A stretch of DNA of 28,943 nucleotides, from IMG/VR virus record IMGVR_UViG_3300028042_000001, positions 1 through 28,943 of that record; one strand, written 5' to 3'. Under the pieces are notes generated by a model. That model was not told the origin of the DNA. It was given only the letters and a program-made list of their open reading frames with translations, and ran no database searches. Below are positions 6,285-14,794 of the stretch, in pieces (within the stretch, counting starts at the first letter, position 1; each line of letters begins with the position of its first letter). Source of the DNA: a virus. Lineage: Duplodnaviria; Heunggongvirae; Uroviricota; Caudoviricetes. The position numbers and the translations under genes were made by a program.

Positions 6285-6857
6285 ATGAGTGATATCACTG
6301 TTTGTTTAGACCAAAATCATATACATTGTAGTATATCAGGAGAAACTATAAATTACAAAATTATGCAAGATAGTTGTATAAATTGTAACGTTAATATGGA
6401 TAATGATATAATTGTTGATGTCGGTCATATTATATCAGGTGGTGGTGATATGTATAAGGCTATCTATGATACTAATAATAATGGTATAGTAAATAGCTCA
6501 TCAAATATTATTGAATTTTATGAATCAGGGGATAATATAGGCGGTTATAGAGCAGTTATATTAGATAATTCAGGAAAAATTCAATATATAAATATAAGTA
6601 ACGAACATAATATAGAAATGTTTTTGGGAATAACTACACAATCAGCAATTACCGGAGATATTATAGGTGTTGTTACTTCTGGATATATCAGTAATTCTTC
6701 TTGGAATTTTATACCCGGAAATAATGTTTTTATAGGACAAAATGCAATATTAACACAAAATAATCCTATTAATAACGCATTTATACAAAAAATAGGTATA
6801 GCTACAAATGCTACAACCATAAATATAATGAGAAATTCATATATTAAACTAATTTAA
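6285..6857 (+). CDS. Putative virion fibre/appendage protein
   Basis: GGGDMYKAIYDTNNNGIV motif of fibre proteins; C-terminal half resembles 6876-7385. Confidence 0.6.
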   Translation: MSDITVCLDQNHIHCSISGETINYKIMQDSCINCNVNMDNDIIVDVGHIISGGGDMYKAIYDTNNNGIVNSSSNIIEFYESGDNIGGYRAVILDNSGKIQYINISNEHNIEMFLGITTQSAITGDIIGVVTSGYISNSSWNFIPGNNVFIGQNAILTQNNPINNAFIQKIGIATNATTINIMRNSYIKLI

Positions 6858-6875
6858 ATTTAAAGGAAAAACAAA

Positions 6876-7385
6876 ATGGCAAAATATTTAAAGCATGATG
6901 GTGTTGGTGGAATTAAAGAAGAAAATGGACTTCACACTAGTTCAGGTGCTGGTGATTCAGGAAAGATAATTGAAACTGATGCTACAGGACGAATTGATTC
7001 AAGTATATTACCTGTTGGTATTGGTGATGATGCCGCATTATTAGAAGCATCAGAAAACCTAAGTGCAGGGGATTTTATTAATATATGGAATGATGGTGGT
7101 ACTGCTAAAGTAAGAAAGGCTGATGCAACTACAAATGGAATGATTTGTAAAGGGTTTGTATTATCAGCAGTGACTACAGGTAATGATGCTAAGGTTTATT
7201 TCGAAGGAACAAATACCCAATTGTCAGGAATGACACCGGGATCTGTAATATTTCTTTCAACTACAGCAGGAGCGAAAACAGAAACTGTACCATCAGCAAC
7301 TGGAAATATTGTACAACGATTGGGAGTTGCAATTTCTGATACAGAATTAACATTTGAATCACAACAACCAATAGAACTTATATAA
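6876..7385 (+). CDS. Putative virion structural protein
   Basis: 'KVRKADA...GFV...GMTPGSVIFLS...IVQRLGVA' pattern; late cluster. Confidence 0.6.
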   Translation: MAKYLKHDGVGGIKEENGLHTSSGAGDSGKIIETDATGRIDSSILPVGIGDDAALLEASENLSAGDFINIWNDGGTAKVRKADATTNGMICKGFVLSAVTTGNDAKVYFEGTNTQLSGMTPGSVIFLSTTAGAKTETVPSATGNIVQRLGVAISDTELTFESQQPIELI

Positions 7386-7400
7386 TAACTTATATATGAT

Positions 7401-7655
7401 ATGAAAAAGGTATATTTAAAAGATGGACAACTTAGGGCTGTAAATATGTTTCGAACTAATGAAATTTATACAACTTCTTCTTATACATATATTTGTAAAG
7501 AAACATCTTCGGGAGAATGGTTAATAATGCGTATCGATAATTCGGGAGTTTTTAGATACGCATCGAAGATGAATAATGATTCAGTAACAAATTATGCAGA
7601 TGCTCGTACTGATGTAGAAACATTAACATATGGAACTTATGACGAGGCTCAATAA
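7401..7655 (+). CDS. Hypothetical protein
   Basis: Tightly packed ORF in the late cluster. Confidence 0.7.
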   Translation: MKKVYLKDGQLRAVNMFRTNEIYTTSSYTYICKETSSGEWLIMRIDNSGVFRYASKMNNDSVTNYADARTDVETLTYGTYDEAQ

Positions 7656-7657
7656 AT

Positions 7658-7939
7658 ATGGAAATTAAAATAGGAAATGATAAGTTTTTTGTTCCTGATG
7701 TAATAGGGACTGATAAAACAAAAAGTATTCAGGATGTGTATGATAATGCTATTCCTCTTAATATACATAATACACAACAATTAATTATCGAAATACAAAA
7801 TGATATAATTTCTTGGGAAGAACAACCTGATGAAATTACTACTCCTAATGTAGAAAAAATTAATAATATTAATATATTAAATAAACAAAAAGAAGATGCT
7901 GAATTAAAATTGTACAACTTAATTAAAAAGAGTAACTAA
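7658..7939 (+). CDS. Hypothetical protein
   Basis: TAATG overlap with the next gene. Confidence 0.7.
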   Translation: MEIKIGNDKFFVPDVIGTDKTKSIQDVYDNAIPLNIHNTQQLIIEIQNDIISWEEQPDEITTPNVEKINNINILNKQKEDAELKLYNLIKKSN

Positions 7940-9969
7940 TGGCAACAATAACATCTAACGGAACTGGTGGTGGATTATGGCATGATGGATCGTCTTGGGA
8001 TGGTGGTGTTGTTCCTGCAATTGATGATACCGTTATTGTTGATGTAGATGATACTATTGAATTAGATGGTGATTGTGAGTGTGGAGATGGGACATATGTT
8101 TCCAACGCTAGACCAGATATGCAGACTGCTAATTTTAGATTATTATTAAAAGGAACTATAAAAGCTAGTAGGACAGTTGATAGCTCTCTTGCTGTTAAAG
8201 GGGTAATAGGGGCTGATGTTGAATCAGGATGGGATAGCACTCTTGATTTTGGAACAGAAGCAGATCCTATCGATACTGTGAATTTTACATGGCATATGAA
8301 TAGAAGCGGTTTTACTAGTCAAGGGTATTTCTTTGGTACTGGATTTTATAGTAGAAGTTCAACAAGAATGGCAAAAATATATATGCGTTCTGCACATCAC
8401 CGAATTAGAAATGTATATTTAACAGAAGATGTTAGTGCCGGAGAAAGTATTATTAAATTAAATGATACTACGGGATGGGTGGCTGGAGATGAACTTGTAT
8501 TAGTTCCAAAATGGACAACATCTACTTCAAATCCATATGATAATCATGATTATGATTTTGTAACTATAGATAGTATTAGTGGTAATGATGTTACTCTCAC
8601 AGCAGGACTCATATACGATCATGGATATACCGATCCTGAAGATTTAGAGATGGGAGCTGTTACTAATAGAACAAGTAATGTAAAATTAACTGGTGATGGT
8701 GATGATAGAATATTTCCTGCTATTTACTTATCTAGAGGAATTATTGAATTTAAAGATGTTGTTGGAGAATATATGAATAATAGATATTCTATTAACTCTT
8801 CATGTTTAAGATTTAATAATATGCATTATTTTGATAATTCAGAAGTATTGATGGAAAGTTGTGTATTTGAATCAGATTTTTCAAACTTTGATGATAATTC
8901 AGAAGATATATTATATTTTTACAGTCCTTATCACAATTTCAATCAAGAGGTTAATATAACAGATATTATGATTTCTCATACTAATAAAGGATCATATATA
9001 TCTGGTGGATCGTTTAGAAATTATTATGGAGGACGGTCTGTTATATTAACTAACTGTAATACATATCATTACTCAAACAGAAATGCTACGTGTTTTTCAA
9101 ATTACCAACAACCTGCCACATATAATAATTGTAAATCATTTAATGGTTATTGGGGATTTCAGTTACATGATAATGTAGATACAGATACTAATGGATGTTG
9201 GGTTATAGGATGTACATATGGATTTAATACATACAATGGTACTGCTATTTATAATGATTTACATATTAGATTTGTCAAATTTATAGGAATGTTTGTTAGT
9301 GGATGGAGAGGAAAGGCTATTGCTAATAGATTAGATTTTAAAGATTTTCATGTATATAATAATAATGAAAAAGATTATATACAAACTCCTGATGGCCTTC
9401 CTGACGGTAATTTATATACATTAACTGATATTAAGAACGATTCAAACAAACAGCATTGGTATTATTCTTATGGTCAGAAATGGTGGGATGATGTTAATGT
9501 TAGAACTGATCCTCATTCAATAGGAATATCATCTACTTCTGATGTGTATAATGTTCCTCATACTAGATCATTTTATGCTCAATCAGGTGATCATATGGCA
9601 TGTGGTTTATCTATTAAAAATTTATCACCAACATATATAGGATTCGTTACTCTTACTATTTTACAAGGCAGTAATATTATTGTAACAGAATCCTTTGATG
9701 TATCTACGTTTATTGTTGATGAATGGTCTGCAATATCAGTATCAGGAGTAGCAGTTAAAACAATGGAAACCACATTCAAGATAGAATATAGAGGAACTGA
9801 TGGAAAAATATCAATTACTGATTTCATACAACCATTTTCTATTAATGAAAAAAGTCAAGCACAAGCTGTTTGGGCTGAATTAGCAAATGATAATAAATTT
9901 TCTGGAAGTATGGGCGAATATATGAATAATATACAATTATGGGCTGGATGGCTCAGATCTTTATTATAA
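7939..9969 (+). CDS. G8-like / beta-helix virion protein (tailspike or depolymerase-like)
   Basis: 'GGLWHDGSSWDGGVVPAIDDTV' G8-like start; Asn/Gly/Cys-rich beta-helix-like middle; beta-sandwich-like C-terminus. Confidence 0.6.
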   Translation: MATITSNGTGGGLWHDGSSWDGGVVPAIDDTVIVDVDDTIELDGDCECGDGTYVSNARPDMQTANFRLLLKGTIKASRTVDSSLAVKGVIGADVESGWDSTLDFGTEADPIDTVNFTWHMNRSGFTSQGYFFGTGFYSRSSTRMAKIYMRSAHHRIRNVYLTEDVSAGESIIKLNDTTGWVAGDELVLVPKWTTSTSNPYDNHDYDFVTIDSISGNDVTLTAGLIYDHGYTDPEDLEMGAVTNRTSNVKLTGDGDDRIFPAIYLSRGIIEFKDVVGEYMNNRYSINSSCLRFNNMHYFDNSEVLMESCVFESDFSNFDDNSEDILYFYSPYHNFNQEVNITDIMISHTNKGSYISGGSFRNYYGGRSVILTNCNTYHYSNRNATCFSNYQQPATYNNCKSFNGYWGFQLHDNVDTDTNGCWVIGCTYGFNTYNGTAIYNDLHIRFVKFIGMFVSGWRGKAIANRLDFKDFHVYNNNEKDYIQTPDGLPDGNLYTLTDIKNDSNKQHWYYSYGQKWWDDVNVRTDPHSIGISSTSDVYNVPHTRSFYAQSGDHMACGLSIKNLSPTYIGFVTLTILQGSNIIVTESFDVSTFIVDEWSAISVSGVAVKTMETTFKIEYRGTDGKISITDFIQPFSINEKSQAQAVWAELANDNKFSGSMGEYMNNIQLWAGWLRSLL

Positions 9970-9998
9970 CATATTTGTAATATTACGAACTCCTAAAG

Positions 9999-10006
9999 TA
10001 TAAATA
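9999..10006 (+). promoter_or_regulatory. T4-type late promoter (leaderless)
   Basis: TATAAATA + 5 nt + ATG 10012. Confidence 0.65.
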
Positions 10007-10011
10007 ATAAT

Positions 10012-10425
10012 ATGGATAATAAAAAAAATAACACAGAATGTTTTTCTTGCGAAGAACATAATAATAATTCAAGACGTATTAGTGATTTAGAAAAAAAATT
10101 TAAGATGTGTGAGTCTAATACAATAAGCATCAGCAATTTAACAGGGAAAATTACTATATTAATTATGATAATGTCATTTTCTTTTACTATTGTATCTGGT
10201 GGGGCTATTTATACATTCACAGGACTGAATAAATTTAAGGATGTTTATGCTACTAATCTTATAAAAAATCAATCTATTATGTCTGAAATAAAATATAATA
10301 ATACAGAGAAGATACAGCGTTCTATATATACATTAGAACAAAATGTTAATAATAAGATTGATAAATTAAATGATAAGCTAATAAATGTAGAAAGATTAAT
10401 GATACGTAATGAAAAAAACAAATAA
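10012..10425 (+). CDS. Single-TM coiled-coil protein, possible holin-like
   Basis: One TM (ITILIMIMSFSFTIVSGGAIY) flanked by coiled coils; upstream of the endolysin. Confidence 0.55.
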   Translation: MDNKKNNTECFSCEEHNNNSRRISDLEKKFKMCESNTISISNLTGKITILIMIMSFSFTIVSGGAIYTFTGLNKFKDVYATNLIKNQSIMSEIKYNNTEKIQRSIYTLEQNVNNKIDKLNDKLINVERLMIRNEKNK

Positions 10426-10672
10426 AAAGAAAGATTACTGTACTTTATTTTTTGAGAAATTAAATGATTATGATATTTCTGGATGTTGTAAAATTCATGA
10501 TGATGATTATGAAAAACAATCTATATCAAGAAAGGAAGCAGATAGAGATTTAAGATTATGTGTTAATACTGTTTCTAAAAGTACAGTTGGTAATATTATG
10601 TATCTTGGTGTTCGTATCGCTGGTTGGATATTTTGGTATTGGCATCGTTTATATAGTCATAAGGATAAGTAG
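10409..10672 (+). CDS. Phospholipase A2-like / DUF1353-like protein
   Basis: CCKIHDDDY...RKEADRDL...MYLGVRIAG. Confidence 0.65.
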   Translation: MKKTNKKKDYCTLFFEKLNDYDISGCCKIHDDDYEKQSISRKEADRDLRLCVNTVSKSTVGNIMYLGVRIAGWIFWYWHRLYSHKDK

Positions 10673-10674
10673 TA

Positions 10675-10812
10675 ATGAATGATGATATATTTAAAGATAG
10701 ATATAACCCTAAAGAAAAAAGAAAATTTTCTATATGGATACCATTATCAAAAATAATTGTGTGGTTTAGGAATAGAAATAAAAATAAATATAACTCAAGG
10801 AGAAACAAATGA
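10675..10812 (+). CDS. 45-aa basic peptide (below ORF-track cutoff)
   Basis: Starts 2 nt after the previous stop; ATGA overlap with 10809. Confidence 0.5.
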   Translation: MNDDIFKDRYNPKEKRKFSIWIPLSKIIVWFRNRNKNKYNSRRNK

Positions 10813-11009
10813 AAACAAAATTAATAATGTGGGCAGTAACTATGTTCATCGATAAATTAAATGGGGAAGATTTAAAGAAATGGATTGATATGGGTCTTGA
10901 TATGATTGAAGATAAAGTTGAAGAAAGTCCTTCTAAGACTGATGATATGATAGTATTACCTATGTGTAAAGTTGTTCGAGAAGCATTATCAGTTCCAGAC
11001 AATGACTAG
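10809..11009 (+). CDS. Small hypothetical protein, possible lysis accessory
   Basis: AAGGAG RBS; amphipathic helices, 'SPSKTDD' motif. Confidence 0.75.
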   Translation: MKTKLIMWAVTMFIDKLNGEDLKKWIDMGLDMIEDKVEESPSKTDDMIVLPMCKVVREALSVPDND

Positions 11010-11041
11010 ATGAGAATTTAATTTCATATTAGTTTTATAAT

Positions 11042-11077
11042 AAACCCTATTTCATATCATAGTGAAATAGGGTTTTT
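11042..11077 (+). terminator. Intrinsic terminator
   Basis: AAACCCTATTTCA-loop-TGAAATAGGGTTT plus T run. Confidence 0.75.
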
Positions 11078-11099
11078 CTATTTTAAAGAGGATTAAAAC

Positions 11100-11504
11100 A
11101 TGCCGAAATTTAGTAATAGTTCAAAGAGAAAATTAGCTACATGTGATTATAGATTACAAGATATATTTAATGAAGTAGTAAAGACGTGGGATTGTACTAT
11201 AGTATGTGGTTATAGAGGAGAATATGAGCAGAATCAATCATATCAAACAGGAAAAAGTATGTTAAAATTTCCTAAATCAAAACATAATTCTAATCCTTCT
11301 ATCGCTGTTGATGTTACTCCTTATTATAAAGGGGTTGGTATCGATTGGAGTGACATTATAGGATTTGCTTATTTCGCAGGATACGTTAAACGTGTTGCTG
11401 ATGAAATGGGAATTAATCTTAGATGGGGAGGAGATTGGGATGGTGATAAGAGAAATAAAGATCAATCATTTAATGATCTTCCTCACTTTGAAATAAAAGA
11501 ATAA
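11100..11504 (+). CDS. Endolysin, M15 family (L-alanyl-D-glutamate peptidase-like)
   Basis: 'CGYRG', 'SKHN...AVDV', 'LRWGGDW', 'DLPHFE' Zn-peptidase motifs. Confidence 0.92.
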   Translation: MPKFSNSSKRKLATCDYRLQDIFNEVVKTWDCTIVCGYRGEYEQNQSYQTGKSMLKFPKSKHNSNPSIAVDVTPYYKGVGIDWSDIIGFAYFAGYVKRVADEMGINLRWGGDWDGDKRNKDQSFNDLPHFEIKE

Positions 11505-11509
11505 TTCCC

Positions 11510-11537
11510 TTGACTTTTTCTCTCAATCGGTTATAAT
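11510..11537 (+). promoter_or_regulatory. Sigma70-type (early) promoter
   Basis: TTGACT-16 bp-TATAAT. Confidence 0.7.
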
Positions 11538-11569
11538 AAACAAATATTAATACTAATTGAGAGAAAAAG
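11514..11569. repeat. Perfect 14-bp inverted repeat
   Basis: CTTTTTCTCTCAAT (11514-11527) / ATTGAGAGAAAAAG (11556-11569). Confidence 0.85.
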
Positions 11570-11577
11570 GATATATT

Positions 11578-12324
11578 ATGAGTAAAGCAAAAGAAAATAA
11601 AGACATACTGGTCACAGAGGTATTATTAAATAAACTTAATGCCTGTATAAGTGGTAAATTATGGTGGCTAAAAACCTATGGCGAATCTAAAAAAGTCAAA
11701 GACCTGAAGGATTTGCCTGAAGATAAATTTGAATACCTTACTTGGTTAAAACAGATGATGTATAATTCTACCTTCGATGAGGATCTGAACCAGTTATCAT
11801 ATACTAGTCCATTTGACTATTCATTCACAAAAACATATGATAAAGATGGTAATTGTCTAACATTCTATGACTCAGATGAAGATTCATGGACAAGTACATA
11901 TGACAAAGATGGTAATGAATTGACATTTTCTAACTCAGATGGAGATAGTTGGACAAAAACATATGACAAAGATGGTAATTGTCTAACATTCTCTGACTTT
12001 AATGGATATTCATGGACAAGTACATATGATAAAGATGGTAATTGTCTAACATTCTATGACTCAGATGAAGATTCATGGACAAGTACATATGATAAAGATG
12101 GTAATTGTCTAACATTCTATGACTCAGATGAAGATTCATGGACAAGTACATATGACAAAGATGGTAATTGTCTAACATTTTCTAACTCAGATGGAGATAG
12201 TTGGACAAAAACATATGACAAAGATGGTAATTGTCTAACATTTTCTAACTCAGATGAATATTCATGGACAAAAACATATGACAAAGATGGTAATGAATTG
12301 ACATGGGTTCTTGATGTTTGTTAA
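11578..12324 (+). CDS. YD-like repeat protein, paralog A
   Basis: AAGGA RBS; ~80-aa N-domain plus eight 21-aa SWTxTYDKDGNxLTF repeats. Confidence 0.85.
   Translation: MSKAKENKDILVTEVLLNKLNACISGKLWWLKTYGESKKVKDLKDLPEDKFEYLTWLKQMMYNSTFDEDLNQLSYTSPFDYSFTKTYDKDGNCLTFYDSDEDSWTSTYDKDGNELTFSNSDGDSWTKTYDKDGNCLTFSDFNGYSWTSTYDKDGNCLTFYDSDEDSWTSTYDKDGNCLTFYDSDEDSWTSTYDKDGNCLTFSNSDGDSWTKTYDKDGNCLTFSNSDEYSWTKTYDKDGNELTWVLDVC
11821..12324 (+). repeat. Coding tandem repeat, 8 x 63 bp
   Basis: Core ACATATGAYAAAGATGGTAAT every 63 nt; units 4 and 5 identical. Confidence 0.95.
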
Positions 12325-12352
12325 TATGATATTTAGATATAGAGATATATTG

Positions 12353-12802
12353 ATGAAAAAATTTATTATTATTACTATTATATTATTATTATTATTTCCT
12401 GTTTTGTTGTATGCAGATAATTTTCCTTCTAAAGCAGATATGTATTGGCTTACACAAAATATATATCATGAAGCTAGAGGAGAAACTATATATGGGCAGA
12501 TTATGGTGGGTATAGTAACGCTAGAAAGACGTAATATAGGTAAATGGGGTAATAGTATTAAATCAGTTGTTACGTCTCCTGCTCAATTTTCTTGGTATTC
12601 TGATGGTAATTCAAATGTACCAACTAATGAAAAAGAATGGAAAACATCAAAAATTGTTGCAAAAATATCATTATTGATATATAATAATATAAATGATGTT
12701 AAAATTACTCATTATCATGAAAAACATCATCATCCGTATTGGGCAGATGATATGGATAAAGTAATTACTATTGGAAATCATATTTTTTATAAACAAAAAT
12801 AG
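12353..12802 (+). CDS. Cell wall hydrolase, SleB/Hydrolase_2 family, with signal peptide
   Basis: 'NIYHEARGE', 'VVTSPAQFSW', 'THYH...PYWA...IGNHIFY'. Confidence 0.9.
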   Translation: MKKFIIITIILLLLFPVLLYADNFPSKADMYWLTQNIYHEARGETIYGQIMVGIVTLERRNIGKWGNSIKSVVTSPAQFSWYSDGNSNVPTNEKEWKTSKIVAKISLLIYNNINDVKITHYHEKHHHPYWADDMDKVITIGNHIFYKQK

Positions 12803-12811
12803 GGATATATT

Positions 12812-13090
12812 ATGAACGATCTGAAAGGTTTATTTGATGAAGTTGATTTAACTTATTTACTTGCTGATGGTCACACAGAAACAAAAACATATGACGAGGA
12901 TGGTAATGTTATATGTTATTCTAATTCAGAAGGGCGATTTTGGTCTAAAACATATGATAAAAATGGAAATGGATTAGTATTTTTAAATTCAGAAGGGGAA
13001 TCATGGTATAAAACATATGACAAATACGGTAATTGTTTGACATATAATGATTCAAACGGTTATTCTTGGAAGCGAAAGGATACTAAATGA
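12812..13090 (+). CDS. YD-like repeat protein, paralog B (3 repeats, no shared N-domain)
   Basis: KTYDEDGN / KTYDKNGN / KTYDKYGN at 21-aa spacing. Confidence 0.8.
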   Translation: MNDLKGLFDEVDLTYLLADGHTETKTYDEDGNVICYSNSEGRFWSKTYDKNGNGLVFLNSEGESWYKTYDKYGNCLTYNDSNGYSWKRKDTK

Positions 13091-13524
13091 CAAAAGCAAA
13101 AGAAAATAAAGACATACTGGTCACAGAGGTATTATTAAATAAACTTAATGCCTGTATTGATGGCAAAGAATGGTGGCTAAAAACCTACGGAGAATCTAAA
13201 AAAGTCAAAGACCTGAAGTATTTACCTGAAGATAACCATAAATACCTTTCTTGGTTAAAACAAAAGATGTATAATTCTACATTTGACAAGAATTTAAACC
13301 AACTGACACAAACTTACTCATATGGATATTCATGGACAAGAACATATAATAAAGCTGGTTATGAAGTGACTCGTACTAACTCTAATGGATATTCATGGAC
13401 AAGTACATATGATAAAGATGGTAATGAGCTGTCATTCTCTGATACAAATGGTGATTCGTGGGAAAGAACATATGACAAGGAAGGAAATTGTTTGACATTC
13501 TCTAACACAAGCGAGGAAAAATAA
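13087..13524 (+). CDS. YD-like repeat protein, paralog C
   Basis: N-domain near-identical to paralog A; 3 repeats; ATGA overlap. Confidence 0.85.
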   Translation: MTKAKENKDILVTEVLLNKLNACIDGKEWWLKTYGESKKVKDLKYLPEDNHKYLSWLKQKMYNSTFDKNLNQLTQTYSYGYSWTRTYNKAGYEVTRTNSNGYSWTSTYDKDGNELSFSDTNGDSWERTYDKEGNCLTFSNTSEEK

Positions 13525-13571
13525 AATAAGTAAATCAAAAGGTTATAATTCAAAATAATTAATTTAGAAGA

Positions 13572-13850
13572 ATGTATATGATGAACATAAAAAAAAGTAT
13601 AAAAAAATGGTTATATTCTTATCCAGATGATGATGATATGTTTGGTGTTAATATCCGAAAAACATACCAACAATTATATCCATGTATTCATCATTGGTAT
13701 ATGTATAAAGGTGGGTTTCGGAGAAAATGTACTAAATGTTGGAAACATCAATATAAATTTTATTGCAGGTATGGTGATAATAGGTTAGGATGGAGAGAAT
13801 TACCAAGACAAATAAAAATAAAGGATTCATTACAATATGATTATAAATAA
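13572..13850 (+). CDS. Hypothetical protein with CxHxW...CxxC motif
   Basis: CIHHW...RKCTKCW; start uncertain among three Met. Confidence 0.6.
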   Translation: MYMMNIKKSIKKWLYSYPDDDDMFGVNIRKTYQQLYPCIHHWYMYKGGFRRKCTKCWKHQYKFYCRYGDNRLGWRELPRQIKIKDSLQYDYK

Positions 13851-14052
13851 AAAAGATTTTTGTCTTTATATAGAAGATGAATATATTAATAAGGATAATT
13901 CTATAATAGACAGTGTATTAAACGCATGTTCAGAATATAATGTTGATGTTAGTTTAGTAGAACCTCTTATTAACAGATCAATAAAAGAGAAGATGAAAAT
14001 TGAATATGAAAGATTAAATTATCTAAAAAATGATATAGTATCAATAATTTAA
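13837..14052 (+). CDS. gp33: Late-transcription coactivator gp33
   Basis: Size, 'F...IE...IIDSV...C...LI..SIKEKM..E...LNYLK' pattern, 33-59-32 synteny. Confidence 0.85.
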   Translation: MIINKKDFCLYIEDEYINKDNSIIDSVLNACSEYNVDVSLVEPLINRSIKEKMKIEYERLNYLKNDIVSII

Positions 14053-14061
14053 AAATATAAT

Positions 14062-14652
14062 ATGAAAATAATATCAGGGTTCTTTGTATATCGTGTGTAT
14101 ATAACGTACAAGTCTCATTTTTCATCAAGTGATGCTGATATATCAAAATATAATTATAATCTATTTAATGTGTCTTATGATGCGTTTTTATCAACAAAAG
14201 GTGTGCATTACTACGATAAAATAGCAAAGAGGATACAGAAAGAAAAAGAAGTTGTAAATTTATTTATTTCTGCATTTATTGATAATCCTAATACATGGAT
14301 TGGTGATATATTTCTAAATTTATCACACTACATAAACTTAAAAGAAGAAAGAGAGAATAGACTATCAAATTTATCATATTTATTTAAAAAAGATTGTATA
14401 AATATGATTGCTAAAGGTTTATTATTTAATAATGAATTGGGGAATTTTGTTTTTAATGAATTTACTCAGGCCAATATTGAATTAGAAACCTTCATTATAT
14501 TTAAAAAGATATTCAATTTTTCTCTTGACAATAATATAGAATATGATTATATTTATAGAGTAAAGTACGAAAAGTACGAGTTTTTATTGAATATTAATAC
14601 AGAGAAATATAAATTATTATTAAAGGAGGCTATCATGTCGTTCAGGGATTAA
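14062..14652 (+). CDS. gp59: Helicase loader gp59
   Basis: 'VYRVYITYKSHFS...D..KY', 'WIGD'; synteny. Confidence 0.8.
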   Translation: MKIISGFFVYRVYITYKSHFSSSDADISKYNYNLFNVSYDAFLSTKGVHYYDKIAKRIQKEKEVVNLFISAFIDNPNTWIGDIFLNLSHYINLKEERENRLSNLSYLFKKDCINMIAKGLLFNNELGNFVFNEFTQANIELETFIIFKKIFNFSLDNNIEYDYIYRVKYEKYEFLLNINTEKYKLLLKEAIMSFRD

Positions 14653-14728
14653 AAGTATCCCTAAAAAAGTGATCTTTTTTTATATTATTAATTATAATAA
14701 GAGGTATAGTGATGTAAGTATTAATTAC

Positions 14729-14772
14729 ATTTAAACCCAAAATAAAACATATTTAAACACGAAATAAAACAT
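14729..14772 (+). promoter_or_regulatory. A-rich tandem repeat in the gp32 leader, candidate autogenous translational operator
   Basis: ATTTAAACCCAAAATAAAACAT / ATTTAAACACGAAATAAAACAT. Confidence 0.55.
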
Positions 14773-14794
14773 AATAACACAAAGGAGAAATATT

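Noticed and set aside
11821-12324. CRISPR array
   Set aside because: Units are in-frame 63-mers with no unique spacers, and no cas genes are present.
11578-13524. Diversity-generating retroelement TR/VR pair
   Set aside because: Differences are not adenine-restricted, many are synonymous, and no reverse transcriptase is in the window.
14644-14679. Terminator after gp59
   Set aside because: Short 6-bp stem followed by an A run rather than a U tract; too weak to call.
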